This document shows positions 12,991 to 26,789 of a stretch of 64,000 nucleotides of DNA, piece by piece. The stretch is from the NCBI RefSeq assembly GCF_030144855.1, contig NC_082735.1, positions 17,422,001 to 17,486,000 of the forward strand, read 5' to 3'. The DNA comes from Hypanus sabinus. Lineage: Eukaryota. The notes below the pieces were generated by a model. It did not search any database. It was not told the DNA's origin and saw only the letters and a list, made by a program, of their open reading frames with translations. The stretch's first letter is position 1; the number at the start of each line of letters is the position of its first letter. Made by a program: the position numbers and the translations under genes.

Positions 12991-15900
12991 AAACTAAGTA
13001 GTACATGCAAGTTGAAATTCTGAAATTCAATTTTATATTAACAGAGGACAAAAGTTTTTGCTTTACTTTTTCTTCCCTCTAGTTTTTAGCCAACTCTTTG
13101 GGACTTTGGTTACATTTGTGGAATCAACAATTTTCACAATTGGACCAAAGCCTTGCTATAAGCCACTAAAATTTTGTTTGTAAGTGAGCTATTGTGTACC
13201 TGTCACAAAAGAATTGAATTTGAGCATAGCTCACCCTGCTGGATGACTATCACTTCACTGTTGTAGTTACCAATTACCAAGTAACTGAAGTGGTACAGAA
13301 ATATTCCACTTCCATCTCCCCATATTGTTTAAACTCTTGCATTCAGTCATGATTAATAGGATTAGAGGCAAAACTATGAACGGAATGTGGCTTAATGATA
13401 TGGATTATCTAGGGGAGGCAACTTTCAACACATCTTTATGAACGCAGGAGGAAGACAGCTGAAAATCTCCTCTTCCACTCAAACATGTTAAAATAGGGAA
13501 GGTTAGAAAAAGTAAAGTTATCAACGTCACTTACATTAAAAAATATATATTAGTATCCAAATTGATATAGCTCAAGGAAAGTTTGGATCAAAATGGCTTC
13601 TGAAGACTAGACTTCCCTTACCCCAGTAGAGTAATGGTACGTCACTTTGAAAAAGCCAAATGAAGCCACATTAGGAGACCTTGGTGAGGACCACATGAGA
13701 AGTTGCTTTGCATACTAAAGCTAATGAAAGTAATAGTGAGACGTACCAGTCTAGTAGAGACACAACTAAGTATTGTATATACCTTCATTTACAAAAGCAA
13801 GGTCTAATAGAGTTTAGCAATCTCACAGCCAATGTATTCAATCCTACTTCTCTCAGCATGATGGTGAACAATTAGAAGCTAAGAGAAAATTTCGGGGAAC
13901 TCCATGGTTTCAAGGTAACTCACCTGGTACATGCCAAATACATGACTGAAATTTGCACCAACCTTATCCAGAAGCACCATAAATGAGTCATCTCAGATTC
14001 ATCTCGAGAACTCTACCATTACAAAACTAATTTTCAGGCAATGCAATTTATTCCATGTGGTAGCAAGAAATTATATAGAACGCTGGATTGAGCAAAGACT
14101 CTGTGAGCAACATCAGAGTCCTGATAATTTACATTCTGGAACTAGACGTGTCTACAATCACACTGTTCTGGTACAGTTATAATAGTTTGCAATAAATCAG
14201 TACACACCCAGGTATGTCGTTGTCATGAAAAGGCAGAATTTACTTGTTTATCTAATGAGTACAGAACAAAATAGACTCTTCCAGTCCTTCAAACCATGCT
14301 GCCCAGCAATCCCCCGATTTAGTTGTAGCCAAATCACAGGACAGTTTACAATGATCAATTAAGTACCAACTGGTACATGTTTAGACTGTGGGAGGAAACC
14401 AGAGCACCTGGAGGAAATCTAGGCAGTCACAGGGAGAATATACAAACTCCTTAGAGGCAGCGGTGGACATGGAACACGGTTCACCTGTACCATAAAGCGG
14501 TGTGCTAACCACTACACACTACGCTGCCCATTCAAGCTATTAAACCCAATCAGTCTGCTTTCCATCATCAGAAAAATTAAGGGATGTGTTGTTTATAGTG
14601 CTATGATTCATAGATTACTTGCTTACTGATGATCACTTTGGATTTTGTTAGGACCACTGAGCTCCATGCTTCCTCATAACCTAAGGCAAAATGTGAATAG
14701 AGTATTGAATTCCAGAGGAGAGGGGGTTCTGGGTGAAACTTCCCTTAACATAAAGATAACATTCAAGTAAGTGTGACATCTTGGAGACTGGTAAAACTAG
14801 AGTCAATGGGAATTAGGAGTAAAAACTCACCAATGATTAGGATCATCCCTTGCTCAAAAGACAATGATGTAGTTGTTGAGGGTCAAGCATCTCAGCCAAA
14901 GGATATTCCAGCAGGTGTTCTTCAAGATTGTGCCCTTGGTCCAACTATCTAGAGCTGCTTCATCAACGAGTTTCCTTCTATCATAGATGTTTGCTGATGA
15001 TCCCACAATGCTAATTCCATTTGCAGTTCTTCAGTAAATGAAGCAGTCAATGGCTGCATGTAGCAGAATTGGCCAATGTTGATGCCACACAAATGGCAGA
15101 AAATAACTATATCCCTTAAGGGAAACTCTACTTCCTTACATAGTCAACGGTACTAACTTTGCCAAGTCCCTATTGCTAAGATCTAGCTGACTCTTCAGAA
15201 TTCCTCATCACCTTAAGGACACTTGGGTTGGATATTGGCCTAGCCAGCAAGGACTAAACACCACAAATAATAAAAAAAAACAAAAGAATGAAAGAACCAG
15301 TTGCGACTTAGCAGGTATCTCACAGTTCTGTATCAGAACGCTGTAGATTCAATCCCATTCACTACATCTTTACACAGTCTAAAATGGATTTTGGCTTGGT
15401 GGGGAAGGAATACTCTGCTGCTGCAAAGTCCAGTAAAGCATATCCAGTAAGGCATAAGACTGTTGACCTATCTCAGTCCTTACACTTATTTTTGGTAAAA
15501 AAGAAATCAAGGGCTAATATAATTCCTGATAAGTAAGTTGGATTTCTATTTTGCTTTTTTTTTTGCTATCTATGGCTGATTAATTGCTGATGGCTTTTTA
15601 AAAAAATAACTTTATTTATCCCATGTACATCAAAACATTGAAAGACAGTGAAATGTGTTTCAGCAATGACCGCACCATCCAAAGACTGTGCTGGGGACAG
15701 CCCACAAGTGTCACCACACTTCTGGTGGCAACATGGCAGGCTAACCCCAACTACGTGTCTTTGGAAAGTGGGAGGAAACCAGTGCACCCCGAACAAGCCC
15801 ACGAAGTCATGGGGAGAACATACAAACTCCTTACAGAGAGCAGTGGGAATTGAACCCTGACTGATGATCACCAGAATTGGAAAGCATTGCGCTAACAACT

Positions 15901-18900
15901 ACGCTACTGTGCCGCTTACAGTGCATGGCGCGGTACACTACTCATGGGCATGTTTTGAACTTTCTGACTGTAAGTTCATTCTTATTTTCCAACATGGTAT
16001 ACTTCAAATGTTTTATAAAAATTCAATTTATGGATATAATATACAAGAGTACCACAAGTTTGATGCAATAAGGTTGATGCCTTTACAGAAAGGTCTTGCC
16101 AAAGGGAAGAGTTTTAGATATGATGCAGAAATGGGACACGCAGAAACAAGTTTGGACTAAGTTAGTGCTGTTGGTAAAACACAAGTGCACACAAGTTATT
16201 TTCCACTCCCTGTTGACTTGGAGGAGTTAAATCAACAGCAATTTGGTGTACTGCTATTGTAACTCATTTTAGTTACATTTTAAAGAACTGAAAGCAAAAT
16301 TTCTCTTCTTGACTGTGCTGGCAGCACTTACATTTAACTCTTAACATGCTTTGCATTGCTTTCAAAGATCTGTAAAATTAATTGGATTTCTCCATACAGG
16401 ATTATCTGTATTTAATAGCCACCTTATATTTTATGACAAATTAAATCATTGTTGAGACATTGGGTAGGAGGCAAGTGGAGAAGTGACAGGTTTGGCTCAA
16501 GAATATATGTTAGCCGTGGTCCAACTTTAAACATCCACACAGTGATTTCATCATAACACTCCTGTTTTATTTGCCTCTTTTCCCACCTACGAGACTCCCT
16601 AGGCCCCTACCACCCTCATCACACTTTCAGATTTCCTCTAAAAAATAACTTTTAAATCAGAAGGTAACAAAAAAATGACAAATATGATTTAACTAAAAAG
16701 AATAAAATTTATATTTACACTTATCAATTCTTGACAAGGAAAAACTAAATGTAAAATTCTAAGTAAAGCTTATTTGATCCAAGCAGACATCACCAGACTA
16801 GAGAACAGATTTTACGCCACTGTTTTCAGATTCTTGAATTAACCTCTCAAATGCTAAAGATGATTTCTTAATTTTTCAATCTACCTCATAATGGCCCTTG
16901 CACTTTATTCATTTACCTGCATTGAAGTTTCTCTGAAGCTGCAATGCTATATATGGCATTCAGTTTTTATCACTATCTTGCTGCACTTGATCATGTGGGG
17001 CATGATCTGCTTGGTTGGCACTCAAATAAACATTCTTCACTGAATCTTTTTTTTTAAACTTTTTTTATTGCATTTTTAAATGATTACAAAGAATGAAAAA
17101 TCAATGTATATAACCCATACCCCCTCCCCTTAACCCCTCCCCCCTAACTGCCCTATCTTGATGCACACGACAGATATAAACCAGCACACAATTTGACATT
17201 CTTCAAGTAGCCCTGAATTCCTATTTATCTTCTTCCGATGTCCTGAACATGTTCACTTACAGATATACTGTATTAGCAAAAACTTGTCATTTATATCTCA
17301 AAAGAAGAAGTATCTTATCTGATCATTTCCATATGATAATCAATCTAATGCTAAACTTATGTTGATGTTAAGATCTTAACTGGTATATTGAAAAAAACAA
17401 TAAGCACTTTGACTAAAACAATACATGCAGAATATTTGTACTCTATATACTGTAGCATTTAATTCCACTGCTTCATGTTTTCAGCTGGGATACTAGCAAA
17501 ACAAAATACATTGTATTTTTGAGCTTAACTAAGCAGTGAGCTATCTCATTTACTGCAAATGTCCTGCTAGCAACTGATACAATATGTAATACAATAAAGT
17601 GCTGGTGTTTTACAAGGGAGATGCTGATGAGAATAGAATATAAAACTACAACAAAAGACATGAAAGTCCCCAATACCACATTTCTACCGGTAACTTCAAT
17701 CCTCATCCAGGCAGGATGAAGATGTGTAATCTCCTAAAACAAAATAAGAATTCCTACCTTTCAATTTCAGTTGAACAAAAATGGAAACGTGAGCAAATCT
17801 TGTTTATTCTTTCATATCAGAATCCCATGCAGGTTACTGCAAAGTCACTTTTTGCCTGAGTACATGATCATTCTGATCAGCAGTAGTCCAGCTCTCAATC
17901 TGTTAATATTATGAGACTTCCAACTGTGTACACATACCACCTAATGTTGTCATGTCTCTCTTAGTAACTGCACAGCCGATCTGATGTGTAAACAAACGCA
18001 AGGGGAAACAGATTGTAATCCAGTTCTTGACATTTAAACATTATTTTAATCCGTCTCATGAAAATACTGCTTTGTTGACCAAATAAATCTTGGAATGTTG
18101 TCAATTTTACCAGTCTAATCCTCTTAATATTTAAATACTCTCTTTTATTCTGTTTCTAAAATATTGCTAGGCCTCAAGTAACTTTGTTCATTGTTCAGTA
18201 GCTTTGCCTAATTCAAATACATTTATGAGCTTTAATTTGACAGTGAACAGCTCCACCATTAGATCCTTTTAAAGCTATACATCCCCATAGTTAATATGTT
18301 AATTGTAAGATATGCATACAACAAAAGCACACTCAACCTTAAACTCATCTTGGAGTCCAAGTTGTTTTACTACTTTTGTTGTTAGTTGTAAATTGCAGAG
18401 ATAAGTTAACTTGATACAAATAATGTTGCGTATGTATTAATTCAAATAGATATATCCATTCAGCAGCCAATATTCTAATGGATGAAAAAGGCAGCAGTGA
18501 ATAAACTTTGTGCACCTTGAAGATGGTGGAACCATCTTTCTTTCCAGTGAGGGAAGATTCACTGGAAAGGAAAATGGGGTATAATCTTCTTGGCCACTTG
18601 TATCCTCATCTTTGAAACTGTACCCCTTTAAAAAAAAGCTCCTGCTGCAGGCATGATAAAGTATTTCCTTCAATTTGGCATGGAGGTTTTAGCAGATTCA
18701 CACTAGTCAAACATGCCTTTTGGAGTTCTGCAGGTTCTGCTTGTCAAAGGCCAAAGAAACCCTCCCTTCTTTGTTTTGTAAAAGATGGAAGATAATTACT
18801 TGGTTAATCTGGTAATTTTTTTTTTGCCAATGGCCAGTTTGTGAGGTAGTTAATTCCTTCAGCCACTTGAGGAGGGTTTGTACATTCTCCTGATGTGTGG

Positions 18901-19179
18901 ACCTGATGTTCTCATGTTTTGTGGATGATTCCTCTCCATTTTGATTGGTCAATGCCCAAAGATTTTTAAGTTGACATGGAAGTTATATTTTCTTTAAGGG
19001 GGCATTTCTTTAACGTTTTCTTTGGAGCAGCAGAAGCTGTGGGAAGACCCAATAGAATTTACAAAATTATGAGAAGCACAGACAACCAGTTTCTTTCTCA
19101 GAGTCAAAATGTGAATACACTGCCTGGAATGGTATTGGTGGCAAATATGATATAGGCATTTAAGAGGCTCTTAAATATA

Positions 19180-20785
19180 CAAACCACATTTCCAGAAAAG
19201 TTGGGATATTTTCCAAAATGCAATAAAAACAAAAATCTGTGATATGTTAATTCACGTGAACTTTTATTTAACTGACCAAAGTACAAAGAAAAGATTTTCA
19301 ATAGTTTTACGGACCAACTTAATTGTATTTTGTAAATATACACAAATTTAGAATTTGGAAGCTGCAACACACTCAACAAAAGTTGGGACAGAGTTAAAAT
19401 AAGATTGAAAATTGCTCAAAATATTCAAGTAACACCGGTTTGGAAGACTCCACATTAAGCAGGCTAATTGGTAGCAGGTGAGGTATCATGACTGGGTATA
19501 AAAGTAGCGTCCATCAAAGGCTCAATCTTTGCAAGCAAGGATGGGTCATAGCTCACCCCTTTGTGCCAAAATTCATGAGAGAATTGTTAGTCAGTTCAAA
19601 AGAAACATTTCCCAATGCAAGATTGCAGAGAATTTAGGTCTTTCAACATCTATAGTACATAATATTGCAAAAAGATTCAGAGAATTCAGAGACATCTCAG
19701 TGCGTAAAGGGCAAGGTCGGAAACCACTGTTGAATGTGTGTGATCTTCGAGCCCTCAGGCGGCACTGCCTGAGAAACCGTCATGCTACTGTGACAATTAT
19801 AGCCACCTGGGCTCGGGAGTACTTCGGAAAACCATTGTCACTTAACACAGTCCAGAACACTGCATCCAGAAATGCAATTTGAAACTGTATTACGCAAGGA
19901 AAAAGCCATACATCAACTCTATGCAGAAACACCGGCGAGTTCTCTGGGCCCGAGCTCATCTCAGATGGTCCGAAAGACTGTGGAACTGTGTGCTGTGGTC
20001 AGATGAGTCCACATTTCAGCTAGTTTTCGAAAAAATGGGCGTCGAGTTCTCCGTGCCAAAGATGAAAACGACCATCCTGATTGTTATCAGCAAAAGGTGC
20101 AAAAGCCAACACCTGTGATGGTATGGGGGTACATCAGTGCCCACGGCATGGGTGAGTTGCATGTATGCGAAGGTACCATTGACTCTGAGGCGTAAATTAG
20201 GATTTTAGAGAGACATATGTTGCCATCAAGGTGACATCTCTTCCCAGGACGTCCATGCTTATTTCAGCAGGACAATGCCAGACCACATTCTGCACAGGAT
20301 ACAACAGCGTGGCTTTGTAGACACAGAGTGCGAGTGCTTGACTGGCCTGCTGACGGTCCAGATCTATCTCCTATTGAAAATGTATGGTGCATCATGAAGA
20401 GGAGAATCAGACAACGGAGACCACGGACTGTTGAGCAGCTGAAAGTCTTATATCAAGCAAGAATGGACAAGATTTCCAATTGCAAATCTACTACAATTAG
20501 TATCCTCAGTTCCAAAACAATTAAAAAGTGTTATTAAAAGGAAAGGTGATGTCACACAATGGTAAACATGCCTCTGTCCCAACTTTTGTTGAGTGTGTTG
20601 CAGCCATCAAATTCTAAATTTGTGTATGTTTACAAAATACAATTAAGTTGGTCAGTAAAACTATTGAAAATCTTTTCTTTGTACTTTTGTCAGATAAATA
20701 AAGGTTCACGTGAATTAACATATTACAGATTTTTGTTTTTATTGCATTTTGGAAAATATCCCAACTTTTCTGGAAATGGGGTTTG
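19180..20785 (+). mobile_element. Tc1/mariner transposon, full length, long IR/DR-type TIRs, frameshifted transposase
   Basis: About 214-bp inverted repeats (19180-19393, 20572-20785) with internal AAAAGTTGGGA direct repeats; TA on both sides; inserted in a CR1 3' fragment. Confidence 0.95.
19541..20565 (+). pseudogene. Tc1 transposase pseudogene
   Basis: MGHSSPLC... HTH region, GRKP linker, WSDES, QQDNA and SPIENVW motifs spread over several frames, with a stop. Confidence 0.92.
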
Positions 20786-21644
20786 TACAAATATGAAGAG
20801 AATGAAGGGGCATTGTGTTGGCAGAAGAGATTAGTTTAGCATTTAATTAGCTTAACATAACATCATAAGCTGAAGGGTTATTTTCCTGTGCTGTTCTCTT
20901 ATAAGTTCTATAAGGCTTTGAGTACACCCTCGAAGCCTTTTCTATATATTCCTAGTAATCTCTTACTGTGACATAACTAGGCTCAGTATTCCTGTTTTGA
21001 TATTTTGGTGTTGGCTCTGCAAACAACGTGGCCTGCCTGTCAGAACTGGGACTGCAATAAAAACCTCACTGCTGTGCATGTTGGCCTGAGACATTACACT
21101 GACACTAGCTCACATCATCAAAGTGAGGCGCAGCAGAGTAGCATTTAGCCTAATCGCTTTACAGCACCGGCGATTACTGAAAGCTGTTTGATTCCCACTG
21201 CCGTCTGTAAGGAGCTTGCACGTTTTCCTGACCGCATCAATTTCTTCCTAGCGCTCTGGTTTGCTCCCACATACTAAAGATGTACGTTTAGAGTTAGTAA
21301 GTTGAGGGCACGTTTTGTTGGCGTCGTAAGCACACTGATGCTTGTGGGCTGAGCACGGCCCTACCCTTGGACTGTGTTGGTTGCTGAAGCAAAGTGACAG
21401 ATTTTTGTTTGTTTCGATGTACATGAGATAAGTTAACTTTTAAATTCATTAAATCGGATTTTCCATTGTTGTAACAGGTAATATGAAGCATAAAGGAGAG
21501 GGATCACCGTTGGCCTGTAGGCCACTAGCTTAGTCCCAGGTCGTGAATGTCAAACGTCCTTTTCCTCAAAAGCTGTGCTGGAGTACTGAGGACAATGGTG
21601 AATTTCTTCATCAAAGTCTGCCTTTCTCAAGAGGTGGCTCCTGA

Positions 21645-22206
21645 TATAGTCGGTGGCCACTTTCTTAGGTCCCTCCTGTACCTAATAAAGTGGCTGCTGG
21701 GTGCATGCTTGTGGCTTTCTGCAGCTGTATCCCATCCACTTCAATGTCTGGTGAGTTCAGAGATGTTCTTCAGCACACCACTATTGTGACATATGGTTAC
21801 TTGAGCTGCTGTCACCTTGAACCACTCTGACCTCTCCCGTTAACAATGTGTTTTCACCCATAGAACCGCTGCTCACTGAATGATGTGTTTTTCATACCAG
21901 TCTCTGTAAACTCTAGACTGTTATGTTTGAAAATCCCAGATCAGCAGTTTCTGAGATATTCAAACCACCCCATCTGGCACCAACAATCATTCCACCAGTC
22001 AAAATCACGTTTCTTCCCATTCTGATGCGAGGTTTGAACAACTAAACCTCTTCCAGGGGTTTCCAAACTTCTTTATGCCATGGGCCAATAGCATTAGGCA
22101 TGGGGAATCCCAGATCATATTCTGCATGCTTTTATGAATTGAATTGCTGCCACAATTGGCCAATTAGGGTGTACAGGTGAATGTAATAAAGTGATCACTG
22201 AGTGTA
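21645..22206 (-). mobile_element. Internally deleted Tc1-family element
   Basis: Ends resemble (CACTCAG)TGGCCACTTT.TTAGG / AATAAAGTG..CACTGAGTG-TA; homologous to 33393-33942 in the opposite orientation; contains a small hAT-MITE-like piece near 22053-22112. Confidence 0.7.
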
Positions 22207-24074
22207 GAAGTAATCCAGATCATGAACTTTTCTGCAGATTTGCTCGTGCTCATGAACTTTTTTTTGTTTGGAAGGCAATATGGTAGATCAGGGGCAGTTT
22301 GGTAGATTGACCTTTTGATCTGCAGATACAGAATGCACACATACAATACTGTAGCTTGATTAGCTCTTTTCCTGCAAGCTGTTTAGAGGAAAGATGTAGC
22401 ATTGACATAAAATTGGGGGAGGGGAGGATGGATAATGCTGCTTTGTTTGACACTAGTCTTCATTTAGATTGCTGTCACAGGCATGTTGATTAGGATTACA
22501 TTTTGCATACCATCAAAATGAAAAGGTACACATTTCTGTGGGTAATGTATCTAATTTGAAGATCGTGCTCCAACATATTTTCTAATTGGAGTCAAAAACA
22601 TTAATAAGGCTTAAAAGAGCTATAAACAATGATTGCTACTGCTTCCTGCATACCTCTTGAATCTGTAATTCAGGGAAGTGCAGATCTGTCATTTCTTTAA
22701 ATGGATGGATTACGCACTGTGATTCAGGGAGCTGCTCATTGGCTAGTGGAAGATAGTTGAGGAAGACCCTGGCAATGACTTCCCTTCTATTTAACAGAAG
22801 AGGGACCTCTTTAATCAACAGTCAGAAGTTTCATCTCTAGCAATGATTTATTATTCTCTTCTAAGATGTGGACTATGAGGATTTGTGACTCCTTACCACC
22901 CAAGTTTTAGAAATTCTCAAATTATTGGCTCCAAGGGTCTTGTTTTTTTAAAAAAAAAGATATGGCCTTTTCTGTTTCTTACTGATCAGGAGTGATGGGA
23001 ACATTGATCCTAACAGGCTGTTTAAGGATGGCGTCCAGGGCTACCACATCAGAAATAGTTGTGGAGGTCTTCAAAATGGACTTCTTCGAGCACATATCTC
23101 CTGTAACTATGGTTTACTAAAATTGAATATTCACAGATTTGTTTTCCATTGCCATGGAAGATGTTTCATTTGAGGTTGATGTTGTTGCAGGTTATTCGTT
23201 ACTTTGTTTAAAATATTCCAACTTTTATGCTATTTTAAATATTTTAGTGTTCAATCAAAAAACTCGGTTAAGTGTGTAATGTAGGGTAACATATTTGTAA
23301 TTTTTAAAAGTTCATTTCACACAAAGCCTTTAACGGAGAAAAGCCACTAGCCCTGTTCTTAACCCCTACAGTGATGGTACTGTCAAATCGAAAACAATGC
23401 TTTCAATATAGTAATTTTTCTTTTATACTATATATTAAATCTCAGAATGCAGTTACCACCACAGAGCCAAACATGATGGACAATCTACTTATGGCAAAAC
23501 TCAAAACCAGCAATGAGAAAAATTATTCAGTCTAATAGGTTGAACTATTCTAGAATAAAGTGTCAAGTACTTTGGGAGAAATTGCATGCTTAATTTTCTA
23601 AACAATGCAATGTTATCTTTTACATTGAGCTAAACAACAAGACCCCACAAGACTCCAAAATCCATCCCCAAAAGAATACATTTTCTGCACTTCAATGCTC
23701 ATCAGTCTGTAATAAAGAATCAGCTAAGATTAGGCATTCAAGAGATAGAATTACACCTGTCATCTCACTCGTGGCCAGGGAACTATTGTACATATCCAGT
23801 TATTCAAGCAAACTACACCCACTGCTGAAGCTCATGTCAGCCTATGACATTGCTGCTGCTCAACCCAACACAGATGGAAAGCGTGCAAGGAGCCAGCCGA
23901 ATTCAAACCCGGAACCGCTCACCTTGACGTCCAATGCGGATGCCACAATACCACCAGCTGGCTATCCTTTGACATAGTAAGTTTATACTTATCAACTAGG
24001 TCAAGTATTTCCCATCAGATTTTAGGATGAAAAACGTTCAATAACTGAATAAACAACAAATTATATTTAAGTTC

Positions 24075-24080
24075 TTTAAT
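24075..24080 (-). terminator. Probable MEAF6 polyadenylation signal (ATTAAA)
   Basis: ATTAAA on the minus strand about 0.83 kb after the stop, followed by U/GU-rich sequence (ttgttgtttatt). Confidence 0.5.
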
Positions 24081-24901
24081 ACAAAATGGTCACAAATCCA
24101 TTTTCCTTCTTTAAAAAAAATAATAAAGCCATGTGTCCAAAAAATGTCATAATTGTACAAATTAAAAAGGTAATATTTATACATACAATATCCAAAGCAC
24201 AAAAAATATAATGGGTTCAAAAAAATAAAACCACATGTTGCTATTAAATCTAACTCCATTGAGTCCATTTAGAAATATCTGGAGATTATGGCCTTCTGTG
24301 CTTTTCTCACACTCACAGCTACACAAGGCTTTGACCCCAAAATGAGAACAATGTGCCTGCATACAAAATCTGTCAAGGCACAATCCAGCACAGAAGAAAT
24401 TATTTCAAATTAATTTCAGGACAAAGCAAAATAAACCACCATTTGTACTCAAAGTGAAACAGGAACTTCCAATAAGAGATTTAAAATTTGAATTTTACCA
24501 AATGAAACACAACACTTTATGTAGAATACAATCTCACATAAATGTCACAGGTAACATCAAATATTTAAACTGAGTCACAACAGACATAAAATCGACCAAT
24601 TAATTCCCCAGTTTCCCCTCACCCCATGACAATTTAAATTGGTTATAAAACCCAATGGATGCCTTACTTGTACAAATAACAAACAAATGGGCTGTAATCA
24701 GTGACGTCCAAATGAACACAAATCAGATGTAGCTGATAAAGACGCAATGTGTGGCCTCGAACACCAGGAGGAGGCAAGGCTGCCTTCATATAGTAGAGAT
24801 CTGTTAAAATCATGGCAAATGCCTGAAGCAACTCGATTTTAATGTTTTATGTCCATGTTCCTTAAACTTTGATCTTGGCATCTGCAACTGGCAAAGGTCC
24901 T

Positions 24902-24910
24902 TTAGTAATC
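24902..24910 (-). CDS. MEAF6: MEAF6 terminal coding exon (DY-stop), followed by the 3' UTR
   Basis: atttacatag|GAT TAC TAA gives the conserved C-terminus ...KKPRSDY*; spliced CDS is 609 nt (202 aa), or 579 nt without the micro-exon. Confidence 0.88.
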   Translation of the reverse strand, partial: DY

Positions 24911-25195
24911 CTATGTAAATGATAAAGTTTTAAAAATTACATCAAGAATCAAAATACCCAACATATTTTCACAACTAAGCATATTATCCAGATCAGATAA
25001 AATGACCTAAGAGTGAAAGAACAATTTTACATTGAACTTCTACTGAAGTTTGGATATTCACTTTGCATGTTAAATGGTGACTTGCACTTATCAGTGAAAG
25101 ACCAATTTAACAGCACATCTAATTATGTAAAAACTGGTTCCAAATTAATTCTTTCCAACTTAATTTATGTTTCATTGTCAGTGGAAAATTATATA

Positions 25196-26789
25196 CAGTG
25201 GCATGCAGAAGTTTGGGCACCTCTGTTCAAAATTTCTGTTACTGTGAATAGTTAAGTGAGTAGAAGATGAACTGATCTCCAAAAGTCATAAAGTTAAGAT
25301 GAAACATTCTTTTCATCATTTTAAGCAAGATTAGTTTATTATTTTTGTTTTGTACAATTTTAGAGTGAAGAAAAGGAAAGGAGCACCATGCAAAAGTTTG
25401 GGCCCAAGCCCAAGAGATTTGAGCACTCAGACTTTTCCCAAGGTCCTTAATTAACCTTAATTAGCTTGTTCAGGCTAAGTACTGACCATACTGTCCCTGC
25501 ATGGTCAGTACTTAGTAACACCCCCTTTGGCAAGTATCGCAGCTTGTAAACGCTTTCTGTAGCCAGCTAAGAGCCTTTCAATTCTTGTTTGGGGATTTTT
25601 GCCCATTCTTCCTTGCAAAAGGCTTCTAGTTCTGTGAGATTCTTGGGCTGTCTTGTATGCACTGCTCTTTTGAGGTCTATACACAGATTTTTGATGATCT
25701 TGAGGTCGGGGGACTGTGAGGGAAGGCAAAACCTTCAGCTTGCGTCTCTTGAGGTAGTCCACTGTGGATTTTGAGGTGTATTTAGGATCATTATCCTGTT
25801 TACATCTTCAGCTTTTTTACAGACGGTATGATGTTGCTTCCAGAGTTTGCTGGTATTTAATTCATTCTTCCCTCTACCAGTGAAATGTTCCCTGTGCCAC
25901 TGGCTGCAACACAAGCCCAAAGCATGATCGATCCACCCCCCTGCTTAACAGTTGGAGAGGTGTTCTTTTCATGAAATTCTGCACCCTTTTTTCTCCAAAC
26001 TTATCTTTGCTCATTGTGGCCAAAAAGTTCTATTTTAACTTCATTAGTCCATAGGACTTGTTTCCAAAATGCATCAAGCTTGTCTAGATGTTCCCTTACA
26101 AACTTCTGATGCTGAATTTTGTGGTGAGGATGCAGGAAAGGTTTTCTTCTGATGACACTTCCATGAAGGTCATATTTGTGCAGGTGTCGCTGCACAGTTG
26201 AACAGTGCACCACCACTCCAGTCTGCTAAGTCTTCCTGAAGGTCTTTTGCAGTCAAACGGGGAGTTTGACATGCCTTTCTAGCAATCCTGCTGTTCTCTC
26301 GGAAAGTTGTCTTGGACTTCCAGACCTCAACTTGACCTCCACTGTTCCTGTTAACTGCCATTTCTTAATTACATTACGAACTGAGGAAATGGCTACCTGA
26401 AAACGCTTTGCTATCTTCTTATGGCCTTCTCGTGCTTTGTGGACATCAATTATTTTAATTTTCAGAGTGCTAGGCAGCTGCTTAGAGGAGCCCAAGGCTG
26501 CCGAATGTTGAGACAAGGTTTGAGGAGTCAATTTATAAGGCTTTGAAATGTGCATAACCTGGCCTTTCCTAACGATGATTGTGAACAAGCCATAGCTTTG
26601 AGCCCTTTTCCTTTTGCGTTATTTTGAAACTGTAAAAGATGGAAATAAAGAAGTAATATTGCCAAAATTTAAAGAAATGTGTCAGCTTTAACTTTATGCC
26701 TTTCGGAAATCAGGTCATCTTTTACTTGCTTAACTATTCACAGTAATAGAAATTTTGACCAGGGGTGCCCAATCTTTTGCATGCCACTG
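25196..26789 (-). mobile_element. Tc1-like transposon, decayed, in the last MEAF6 intron
   Basis: Ends CAGTGGCATGCA.AAG.TTGGGCACC inverted; TA on the left, CA (mutated TA) on the right; transposase fragments (IIDVHKAREGHKKIAKRF, VLWTNEVKIELFG, LAKGGVTKY*) from about 26495 to 25505. Confidence 0.93.

Larger units (their letters stand above)
884..23155 (-). other. Candidate unannotated spliced unit (micropeptide gene or unitary pseudogene): exon-like segments 22654-23155, about 18516-19000, 17677-17733, 13622-13714/13720, 10997-11163, 9367-9414, 7898-7915, and 913 downward
   Basis: Series of same-strand polypyrimidine-AG and GT(A/G)AG-type splice-site pairs in non-repeat DNA; no recognisable homolog. 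Confidence 0.35.

Noticed and set aside
19104-20834. Two near-identical 91-aa ORFs on opposite strands
   Set aside because: They are translations of the two Tc1 terminal inverted repeats
1-24000. Expected syntenic neighbours ZC3H12A (left) and DNALI1 (right of SNIP1)
   Set aside because: No recognisable exons of either within the window
24720-24745. YQLHL-encoding stretch in the MEAF6 3' UTR, reminiscent of an alternative C-terminus
   Set aside because: No supporting acceptor or frame connection; probably chance
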